Positions 11,631 through 23,340 of a stretch of 64,000 nt of DNA are shown piece by piece. The notes beneath the pieces are model-generated. The model was not told the origin of the DNA. It saw only the letters and a program-made list of their open reading frames with translations, and did no database searches. The translations under genes were made by a program, and so were the position numbers. Source of the DNA: Bugula neritina (Eukaryota > Animalia > Bryozoa); NCBI GenBank assembly GCA_964035545.1, contig OZ037768.1:13525675-13589674 (forward strand). The letters are read 5' to 3'. The first letter of the stretch is position 1; every line of letters starts with the position of its first letter.

Positions 11631-14600
11631 CTATTGCTGGTGCATCTCTTCAGCAGCTAACGTTGTTGTTTCATCTAACGATAATTCTTTCAGATTCATA
11701 AGGGCGTTCTCCCGGGCAGTTTTCATTCTTTCATGCGCCTTTGAGAATGCATCTGCAAATAACCAGGATGGTTGATTGAATTGAAAACTCCAAACACTCA
11801 TTCAAATAATGTAACAGATTATACAAAACATGTTTGGGCAAAAAATTCTTTTGATTACAGAAGAAATCATTAACCCATTTTGCAAAAACATAAGTTGTTA
11901 AAGATGACAATAGGTGTAAATACAATTTTTGTTTTGCCATTCTCAAATTGAAATCTTTAAATAAATGCCCACTAGTCAAATTCATCTTTCATTACAGTAA
12001 TGAATATCAAAGTCAATCAGAGTTTTTATCCTGCAAGCATGCATATAATTGACTAAAGAAACATGATTATTGAGACCAATTGCATTGTACTTTTACTACT
12101 ACTGGTAGAACAATTAGAGAAAGGTTTAGCATACCTATTACTGCACGGATTTGTGTATAGTCAACAGCAGACCTGCAAATAAACAACCGTAACTTGCATA
12201 TACACACATACTTCATGTTAGATTCAAGGGTAGAATACTTCAACTCAACATATCATGTGGCAGAGAAATCTTACCCCAGCTGAGTCATCAAGGCATCCTT
12301 CTTCCCAGCTCTTTTAGCTGTCTTGGAGAAACAGAATTCTCTGCAAGTCATTTAACTATCAATTATTTATAAATTCAAACGCATACAATATCAACTATGT
12401 TAGTTATATATATTATATATCATTAAATATAAAGGTAATAAATGAGCAATTAACCTTCTGTCAACATTAAACAATTAACTTTTAGATCTTTTAGCTTTAT
12501 GCAGGAATTAAACACATAAAAATTGATCATTCAAAAAAATGACTTTCTCACACTTTTACTTTTTTCCTCTTATACACAGCGAGTCAAGTTCAGCCATGAT
12601 CTAAAAAAAGCTGTTCTCGACTTGCGTTGATTCAAATCAACTTAAATTTCATCACTAACGTTGACATTAGTTATTCAATAGAATAATGTTGACCACTTTT
12701 CATCAAAATGCTACTAATTTAATATGTTACAACAAGTTGAGCACTTGTTAAAAAAGCAAAAATTAAACTAAGCAACTTGGAACTTTAACTTGGTCAAATT
12801 TCAAACACCTGCTGTTAGTCAATCAGACAATTCCAAGTTTAATTAATGACTTTGGCAAGTTGACTTGAGTAAAGGAGTGTTGAGTACTTAAGTTGGGCAA
12901 TGCATGAGTCAACTAGACTTAGATATGACTTACTATGCTGTCTGTAATGATTTAACAATACTGCTATAAATACGTTAGGTTATATAAGATACTCACTGTG
13001 ACTGCAGCAAAACATTCACTTTGACCTTTAAGGATCCCGAAGTCTCAGTCTTGAAACCGAACCTGCTTAACCTTGACCCCTGTCATAAAACGGACAGTTA
13101 GCAGAAACTATAGTTAACAATTATCTAATTTGTGTTATATAAAAATTGCTGTCATATATAGTATAATAGATATATTCCATTAAAAAATAAACAACTAAGC
13201 TATAGAACAGTTCCTTTTTTTTTTACCGTAGGGCCACTCGTGGTGCAAATTTTCGTCTGTGAAAATACGCACCGTGTGGCCCTATGCTCAGTCCTTGGGG
13301 GTAACCTAAACAATAAATTGACCCTGCAATGCTAGAGCAATATGGGTATAATAAATAATTTGGCTACATACTAAACTGAAAATCCCTTTGTCTATCATAG
13401 TAATCATGAAACTCTTCTACCTGTGGTAAAACAGATGAAATTCATTTAAATTTTTGAAGTAATATGTGTTGAAATTACCTGAAAATTTGAAGGAATATGA
13501 GTATATGTAAGGTCATCTAATTCTGGAGCTCCGCCGATAAAAAACCGTCGCAAATTTGAGACTATGGATGGCCCAACAGGCCTCCAACAATTCAACTCCA
13601 TCGCATGTTCTCCTAAAACACACGGCATTTCTTATCACAGAATTAGAGCAAACATTATTGGTCAATTTGATAGAATTCCGCAATGAACTTGAGTATAGCA
13701 AATTTGAACTCTTAGAATCATTGCCTAATACAGAACATTAACAATCCATAACACACTATGGTGCTGTTACCATAACAACACTTATATTATAGTCACAAAC
13801 TGGTATAATCGTTATACGCTGCATCCTCATTAAAGCTTCCGAGAGGACAACTTGACATATAACTGTTGACCACCATGCAAAACTTCTGGATACACTATTC
13901 ACACTAGGAAGTATGGGTACGGTTAGCGAACCTGGAGTATTTGGAATAGTTATGGCACAATACCCCTCCGGCCTGAATCTTGACCAACTATCCAGTGAGC
14001 ATACCTCGAAAAATAACTTTGGCCAAGAATTAATAATCCGATCTAAAAAAACTGCTACAATGTTAGAAAAATAAAAAAACTGACAGCAGAAAGTGCTAGT
14101 TTAGTTATTACAAAAGATAAAGATGTCTACAAATAACCGAAACTTTGAATAGTTAATTTTAAACTAGAAACAATTGATTTTGGTGATAACTGAATAATTA
14201 GCCTGAAAGTTCAGCATTTCCTAATCTAACTCATTAATAAAAAAGCATTTTACCTCCGTCTTCCTCATCTGCTACTGGCTTTTTGTAAAACATTTCAGCT
14301 TCAAAAGGAAATGAAAAATATGCCACATTATCCTACAAAATAGGCATACTTAGTGAAACATAACAAGGTGAATGTCATAGCAATTATTGGACAGTCCTGA
14401 CGAGTATTACTAACTTCAAATATGAATGCCCAAACTGTATATCCTTAAACTTTAGGAGATGCAGTTGTTCAAGTAACGGTAATAAAAATATTAGGACAGA
14501 CATAATGAATATTAAAGTAAAGGGATGACAACTAATCAACGTTTAATAGTGATGTTTACTTTTGAGTTGGTTAAATTCTTTGATGAACCTTACAGCATGT

Positions 14601-17600
14601 CTTCTCACAGAAAAGGTGAGATATAAAAACTAAAAAGATGGTTTTTCAAGTGTCAGTTTATCGAATAATTATGATCAAGAAAAACAATTATCTCATTGTA
14701 GGCAAAACACGAGCATTTATAATTTCAGACAAATTGTTATAGCAATTGTTACTAATTGAATTTAAAAGTACATGATGCACATATTACAAATATACTTCCC
14801 TGTCAAACTTTACAGAACAAAATCCGATTGGAAGTGAATGTTTTTAATTTTGTTCCAATTTAGTAGTGCTGATAGCAAGCAGCTAGTAGGGTGGTTTAAG
14901 TATTAGCTCAGTAAACACAAATTAAGGGGTTTCAATCCCAGTAAAGGCCATGGGTGATGCTAGGAAAAGCATCCAGTCCTAATTGCTCCTTCGCCACAAT
15001 AGGAAAAAGTCCTTAGCCTTCTAAAAAACCCTTTGCATCATGAGCTCTCACAAGGCTAGCGACTCAAATGAGAGTTTGTAGTACTGAGATAAGAGCACTT
15101 ACTCTATTTTCTACTTTAGTAATGCATGTTTGAGTAACCCCAGCAAGAGAGCCCCCTGATACTGAGTTCCATCCCTGTTCTGAAAAATAATTGTTCCTAC
15201 AAATTATCCTTTGCACATAAAAAAAAAGTAAGTAGATAAAAACAAAACCTAAATGCAGTAAAAGAATTCTGAAACTTTTATTACACTAATTCATTTAGTA
15301 GGGTGGGGTTTAATGTCACACAAGTGTAGGAAAAAGCCTGGACAGGGAGCTTATGATGAGATAACTCCACACTACACAAATTAAACATGACTTATGAAAC
15401 ATATTATCTTCCTGTGTGTGTATCTTGGTAGATAAACTGGTGGATCACCCATGTTAAGATTCCAACAACTAGCATTGCATTAAATTCTTGCATCAATATT
15501 AATATTGAATGTTGTGAAGCTAACGGAACATTAGTTGTTGAAATACAAGAAACAAAATTTTGAATAGCAAGCGAAATGCAATTGAATAGTTAAAAGATGA
15601 AATTCAATGTTAATTCTATTTTTCAAAAACTGAAACAAGTTACTTGTAAAACGTTTTAACACAAGTTATGCTTGTACCGCTGTTTGCACCTCAAAGTGAA
15701 GTGCTCCAAGTTTAAACTTAATTCTTGTTTCACTTTTCGGGTAGTAAAGATATAAACATAGATATTGAGTATAGACAACGTACATACCGCGAGATGGCAC
15801 ATGAACAATGTAACGCACAAAGAGATCGTCATAGTCGAAATTTCTAGCTGAAACAATCTCTCCATACATAACTAGACGAGTGACTCCCAGAGGAGGAAAC
15901 TCAAACTCTGTACCAACTAGACTAGAGAGATACTGAGAGTGTCTTGAGTACAACTAAAACAGAAGAATATAATTAGACAAGATTAAGCAATTAAGCAAGC
16001 TTTCCTGAAAAGATCAGTCATTAAACAAGACATTTGAAAACCTGATATAACAATACATCTTAGACAATGGTTTTTGAGTGAAAATTATGCCAGTTGAGTA
16101 GATTGACATCCATACTATTGGCTGTAATATTAATGACACGACTAACCTCTTTGTACATTTTTTCTTCTCTGTTTTTTTCTCCGTGATTCATTGTGTTACT
16201 GCAGTTTTGTAGGGTATATAGATATACTTCTGAAAAATTTAGGACAAGGTGTTATCAAGGTTTTAAGCACAAAATACTAAAGAAAATCTTTCTATCAATA
16301 TCAGTAAAACACTTGCCTTTTCCTAAACTATCTGTTTCTATCTTGTATGGTTTCTGAGCTTGATTGAAGTTTGGCTTCATTGTGATCACACCATTGGCAT
16401 CAACTTTTATTGTACACAAAACAAACTCATCATCTTCGGTTGGCTCCCTAACATAGTTGTTAAAATTTCAAAGTTGCAAAAATCTCATAAGAGCAGTTAA
16501 ATATTATATACTGCATCAATGTTTATACAATTTTTATTATCAAGTAAACAGTTTATTATCAATAAAACACAAAATATTCCATAAAGGAGAGTAACAAAAC
16601 ATTTAAAGACAGCATATACCATTCATAACGCAGGAATTGATATCCCAGCTGAAATCTTTGATGAGGCAACTATTAAAAATACATAGAGCAGTTTCCTTGA
16701 ATAATATCTACTAAAGTATGAAGTTTTAGAGATAAGAAATTGTTAAGTAAATCAACTAACTTGTCTTTTTCACTGAGATCTGCCATTATATAAAACGTTT
16801 GCTCAGGAGTGACTATTACATGATTACGCCTCCGAGACTCTGTGCTTGGTTTTTGGTCAACAATGTTTACTTTTGGAGTTATCCCCTCACTACAAAACAT
16901 TGCATATCAATCGGGCCTTTATAATGACAGTCTAGATCAGAATTATGGTCATAATATTATTATATAAAGAGTGAATAACTACCAATCATGGTGTATAATA
17001 AGACACTGTATACATATAAACTCACCCATCTATAAGTCGCGAAGATGTTGCTGTCCTGCGCCGCCTCACATTAGCTACTTTTTCTGCCAGAGGAGTAGGT
17101 ACTTCATTGGGTGAAGTGGTCACATACTGCAAGTTCTGTAAAACATTTTAACACTAACTTAATAAATGAAATGAAAGCCTACAACACTGAAATAGTCAAT
17201 AGAATTTCAAGTTCACAAAAGCTGCAATTAAGTAGGAAATTCAATAAGATTTCAGCAGCAAAAATCTGTCAATCATGAGTTTTAAAAGCTGCCATTATTT
17301 ATTGACTGTATTATCAGCATATAACTTTTTAACATTTGTGCATATAGGCAATTATATTTTGCTTTTGAATTAAAATAAGATTATACAAAATATTGTGAAC
17401 TGAATATAATGTAATAGATTTACAGCATTCAGGCATAAAACTTCTAAGCAAATAAATCATAATACAACTAACCTCTTTCTGATTAGTGAACTTGTCATGA
17501 TTAACATAAGTAAATAGTCTTCTATTTGGACGTTCACTGCAAAAGATATAATTCAAAATGAATATATGCAAGTATATTTCACATCAATATTCTTGCAATA

Positions 17601-18506
17601 ACAAAAACATAGAAAAATATAGACCAGAAAAGAGTGTAGAACACACCTCACATTTACAACATCACTGTGGTACTTTCTTTCTATGACACCATCCCAGTCT
17701 CTGTCATGTTTGTACATATCAAACTCTCGCTAAAATATATTTTGTATGTAGAGCAAAAAATAAGTTACACTACAAAAAATGTTGCACAGTTATTTTCAAC
17801 GCTTTAAATATTAAATACAAAATAAAAAGCAAAATTCAAAAACTAACTAACACAGTTGAAGTAACTTTTAAAAATATCAAACTGTGCATGTGTACTATTG
17901 CCAGACCATATTGCTCAATAATTCGCACTAAAATATAGAAAAAGTGTTTCAACATTACATTAAGTCACTGTATCTACAGATAACTTTAATGACAATATGT
18001 GAAGCAGATGGCAAAATATCAAATATAGTTATTTAAAAATATTTAATTAGTCAAAAATCCAATTACTTGAGAATAAAATTTTTGCTGCCAATGGAATGTA
18101 AAATTTTCTTCTTCTCTTTGAGAAAGCATTTCCTGCTGTCTTCTAATTTCATGCATCCCGGTAGAAGTTGATGATTTACTGCCAACCTTTTGCTCTATCA
18201 CTGCTTGAGGAACAATACTAGATGAGGTGACTTTCTTTAAATGAACTCTAAATAATAAAAACAACAAACTATAATGCAGATGCTTGGTACTCAAAATTAT
18301 ATATTTTTATGTTAACTTATATAATGAAAGAAATCTGTACTTAAAACATCTTATTGTAATAGTTTTATGTAGGTTGTTTGTCATTTTAAAATAAGGGCAC
18401 AGAATAACGTAAATCATTTCTCTTACCCGATTTTTAAATTTTTAATACTGTCTTTTGATCTATAAAAGACAGTACCAAAGTCCATAGTGCCCGTTTCTCC
18501 TGCCAT
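11631..18506 (-). CDS. MKS1: Meckel syndrome type 1 protein (B9/C2-domain ciliary transition zone protein)
   Basis: Starts [26 protein letters not shown] (exon 18506-18427). Further exons, approximate: 18248-18068, 17729-17649, 17538-17474, 17135-17027, 16888-16761, 16447-16317, 16229-16148, 15953-15789, 15179-15103, 14331-14254, 14042-13932, 13612-13479, 13079-12997, 12341-12275, 12172-12135, 11752-11631. Motifs: [88 protein letters not shown]. Confidence 0.95.
12577..12940. mobile_element. Possible degenerate non-autonomous DNA transposon in MKS1 intron
   Basis: Dense reiterated GAGTCAAG/GACTTG/ACTTGAGT motifs between CAGCGAGTCAAG... and ...GACTTACTATGCTG. Termini are imperfect and no TSD is seen. 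Confidence 0.3.
14878..15075 (+). mobile_element. Degenerate tRNA-derived SINE in MKS1 intron
   Basis: A-box-like TAGTAGGGTGGTT and B-box-like GGTTTCAATCCC, followed by GGTGATGCTAGGAAAAGCATCCAGTC, which resembles the AGGAAGGGCATCCGG central SINE motif. Confidence 0.55.
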
Positions 18507-19399
18507 CCTGAAAGTTATATGATTACACTGTAGCTCTGTATATTTGGTCTATACAAAATTACTAGAACTGTGATAAATATTTAAGCTTACAAATAAAAAT
18601 AATAATTTCATCAACTCTTAAGCATAATGTAACGAAGTCATACAAATATTTAAATCTGTCCACAGAGACTAACAAAATGGCAAGCATTAGTCTGCCGTTA
18701 TATAACTTGCCATACCCTTACCCAAGCTACTACAGCTTATCTTTGCTTAACCTCGAAGGCCACACTCGGAGGCAACAGATGCAACAAGTTAACAAAGCTA
18801 TAAAACGTCATCCATATGCCTCTGTTTATTCATTTTTAATCAAGAGTTGCACTCCAAAAAGGTGCATACCAACATCTCACAAAATTGGCCTCTCTACGAT
18901 ATAACTATTTTTAGGGAAGAACTATTTAGGTAGTAGTAACTAAATGATTAAAATAATTGTAACGCAACTCTTCATAATTATTTGTGGAAAAAAAATTTAA
19001 GAAACATTTTTACAGTTATTTATTTTTTATTAAATAATGCAGTAGTGAGTTGATTAGATATGATGGAAATCGCATCAATCATTCTCATATCGCCTTAACT
19101 TTAACCAGGCAAAGGTTGAAAATAATGATTTCATTTTGCATTTTGACAGCTGCAGTCACTAACCCACTGACCAGTTATTACATAAATGTCAAGTATGAGT
19201 AGTGCAACAGAGATGCATTCAGTATAAAATTATTGGGTAAAATACGTTTAGCTATATGCCCTACTTTCTACAGATCATAAACATGAACAACTTTTTTGAG
19301 ATTAAGACAACATTTAGGTGAAAATTTATCAACAGGTCACTACTACCTAGAGCTTCTATTAGTATTAATATTAGCCTTACGGCCTACAGTTACTGAGCT

Positions 19400-21700
19400 C
19401 AAAAAGTTAATCAGCAGTACCATCACAGCCATTCTCATTCTAGAGAATCATTATTCACTATCATTTTTTTACCTAGTAAAAACTACTATTAGTATTACTA
19501 ATACTATTACTATTAGTATTACTATAGTAATTAGAACACCCTGCTAGTGGCAGTGCTAACGCGCAACAGTAAGTGGAACACTAACACTAACTCCAAGTAA
19601 CAGTACCAGTCTAACACTAACAGTAAGTGAGTAACACTTAACACTAACAGTAACACTAACAGTGACCATCATTATTTAAATAATATCAAATGCGAAGACG
19701 ATAGTTGAAATCATACGACAATATGAATACTTGGTAATACTGGTGATATTGCTAATACTATAACATTAACTAATAGAGTAATTGTAGTATTATTACTATT
19801 GGATTTAGTATTACTCAATTAGCTTTAGCCTTTAGGAAACGCAGTTCAAAAAATTATCATTATCATTATGAACTACTGTTTTGACAAAACAAGAACGCAG
19901 CAAATATTGCTATGACTTGCCAAAGCGTCCCTCAATGCATCAACAATTATTAAGAACTTTTATGGTCAGAGGAAGGCGTCTTACTCTGTGGTTTTCCGCT
20001 CAACGTCGCGATTCCCTAAGCAATGTAAAATTCTAGTCAAAGTGAAACTCGAATCGTAACGTTAGCTGTGGACTATATATTTTCGTGTTGATATTTGATT
20101 TGTATCTCCTTATAGTTATACATTTACGGAGATATCTGGAATTAGCTGTAAATTTTTAGTGCCGCCTAGTTGTTAGTTTATATTTTTAGTTAGTAAACGC
20201 AGTATTACTATTAGTAGTATATGTAATACTAATACAGTAATACTAATACAAATACTGAAATAGTAATAAACAATAGTAAAACTAAATGTAATACTCTTAC
20301 TCTTACTCTTAGTCTTGGAAGTTGAACGTGAACTGAGAACTCACCGCTGAAGTTATTACTATTAGTATTAGTTAAACTAATAGTTAAACTTGAAGTTGAT
20401 GGTTATATCGTTACCGTTATGGTAAGTAGTAGTAGTACTGCTAGTACGCCTTGGCCTACGGAGTTTAACTCTAAGTAAGTTGATACTGATAGTCAATGCA
20501 ATATCAATATGAATACCGCCCAATACGGATACCGATATCAATATCAATAGGGCATTTACAACCACAATGACAATGATGTTAAAATTTAAATATTTGAATG
20601 ACTTTTACTCTTACAGTTACTCTAATTCTAAGGCGTAGGCTGTTGCTAAGAGTGAGACTGAGAGTAAGTGCAAGTGTAGATCTACTTCTAGAATCACTAT
20701 GACCATCGTCATCAGTATCAGTAGAACTAGAATAAGTTTATGAATGAGAATGATATCAAGTTTAACTGAAAATCATATTGTTTGATAATAACTTTAACTG
20801 TAAGTATAGCATTAAATTTACTTAAAAAGGTAAATGGAAATGTAAACCGGTAAATTCCTCAGTCTCGGGATCGCACAGCCACAACCATAATGATTAATAT
20901 AAATATTTATATTATAATGATAATCACAATGAATATCAATATGATCGAAGTTCGATTGAATGACATTTTATAATCACATCATTATGATTATTACTAAGTC
21001 TAACAGTAAACGTAAAACTAAAAGTGATGAATTGTAAATTAAAATTGAAGTAACGAAAAAGGACTGCTAGTGCAACTGTCACAATCATAATCATGAGGAT
21101 ACAGATAAGCGCATAAAAAATCTACTATCAATGCGAGTATGTGCATATATTCAACATTGTGTTTGTAGTTTAAAAAAATATAATTAACATTCGACTTCAC
21201 CATTCACCATTGTGATAGAGTTTTATTCGTACTATCACAATTGATATTATGATAGTGATTGTTGTTGCTCTACTCCACACTAAGTCTAACTGTATTAGAA
21301 TCTTTAAACTCTAAGTTCAACACTCACATTCACTTCATCATACTGATACTCATAATCATACTGATGACGCCCAGTGAATGTGATGGCCGTAGTGGTACTG
21401 ATATTCCTTAGTGGTTGCTATATTCCTCGCCATGCTGATGTTATAATTATACTGACACCAATAATAGTATTCTAGTTAGTTTAGTGTTGATGACATTGGC
21501 CATCAGATTCTGTTACGTATCTCAAGTTAGTTTAAAAATTTAAATGACTATCAAAGTCAATATGCATGTTATTGTGATTGTTTCATAAACCTTAACATCA
21601 GTTTTAGCTTGTGCATCATTATCATATGCACTAAAAGGCTGTATATTACTGTGTAATGATAAGGACAACCTCAGTGATTGTAAAACTAAAAGATTAACAG
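19400..21700. repeat. Hexamer-periodic low-complexity tracts around the divergent MKS1/NCoR promoter region
   Basis: Runs based on (actatt), (acacta), (aatact), (actctt), (aatatc) and (atactg) flank a CpG-richer, non-periodic core at about 19890-20170. Confidence 0.75.
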
Positions 21701-23340
21701 AAACCTGAAAATTGAATTTAAACTTAAAATGAGTCACCTTCAATAGCTCTCATTCTGAAACCCACATCAGCATGTCCATTGGTTCTAATTTTGACTAAGA
21801 ACTTCCAACTAAGATTTGGCTATGGCAATTGTTCATTCAATGCTTGTTACAGCATCAGTCTTTGTAAAAATCTGACTTACAAGGTCCCGCTAAACAGGAA
21901 AAAAAATAAACTTGAAGTTTCAAAAGCAGCTTCTGAGTTATATACTTTGAAATTCTAAAGTATAAGAGTGTTCTTGTAGACAGTTTTCCTTTATTGACCT
22001 AGCTAAAATTAGTAAACTTTTAATGAAACTAGAGCCACTTGAATCCCTGTGGTTGTTGGTAAAATTTTGGGCTTAGTTGGTCTCTGTCATTAAAAATTAG
22101 GCATTCAACTAGAAGTTTCAAGTAGAACTACGTGTTAGCAAGGCTAGAGTATGAAAGGCACCTTTTTCTATTACATCATAGTGAGATTACAAATTGCAAT
22201 TATTGAGGGTTGATTATTGCAAATGAATAAAAATGTAATAATTAGCTAATGTATGTTTCAAAGTTGCTAGTAATACAGCTATTCCATATTTCAATCTGAC
22301 TTATATGCCACTATGGTGTGCCAAAGTAATTGGTTAATATAATGACTTACGGTCATCTTCTATTTTAAATCCTTGATTACACTAGTAAAATATGTGCATT
22401 TTCTTGAATATGATTTAAATTCTGGCATGGATCATTAAGTCACATTTTCATCATGATCTGTCATTTTCAGTAACACTAAAATAGTATTTACTTAGTTGGT
22501 ATGATAACAAATAACTATGGTAAAGTAATATAATGTATATAAATTAAGCTTCAACTATAACTGTTTGACAATTTTTGGATATTTAATATGCTTTTCCAAC
22601 TATTCTCAATATTTATGTTTCAAATTTATCTGAGATTGTACGTGATTTTCACTCTATTGTATTCATTGACCATGTTGAATTTTTGTTGTAGTATTTATTA
22701 CCTGTGTACTTGAGAGTTTTCCATATTAGTCATTTTCAAAACTCAAATATAGATTTTAACTGAAATTTTCTGAAACTTTTCCAGCGAAGCTGTAAACATA
22801 TTTTTATCCTGAGTTATTTTACCTAAACTAACTAAACATTATATTAGCTACTATTTTCCTCTGTTGATGGTGCTTGTCCAAATTGGTTTATTTATCTATT
22901 CACCACACTACAGAGTGCTTGCAAATGAGCAAGTAAACTTGTAAAGATATGATGGCTATGATAGTGTTATTTCATAGCATGTATCGCTTGATATTTCCAT
23001 TGAACTTGAACTAGAAACTAAATTTTAGGCTGAAAGCCTCAGTGATAAGATATTAGAAAATTCCATGCAAGCTTGTGTTGAGCTTAGAGAGATTAGTGGA
23101 AGGAGTTCAAGTTGAAATTTAGTTGGTAGGAACCTATTGTTTATGGCAGTGGATGTGGTGGTTTTAGGTATGGATATGCTCGATGGTAGATTCCAAGTGC
23201 TGTTTATATAGCTACAGGTAACCATGTGCTATCATTGGCTTATACTGGAATACTGATCCTACTGCACGCTAATATTCCCTAGTCATAAATCTCCTAGTGA
23301 TTAATTCTCTGCTCTCAGAATTATTGTTGAAAGCACTAGA

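Noticed and set aside
13315-13345. TTGACCCTGCAATGCTAGAGCA resembling part of a vertebrate H/ACA snoRNA
   Set aside because: Short match from memory only, antisense to the host gene, and no complete H/ACA architecture.
14878-14945. Possible tRNA gene
   Set aside because: A- and B-box-like motifs are present but there is no cloverleaf; better explained as a SINE head.
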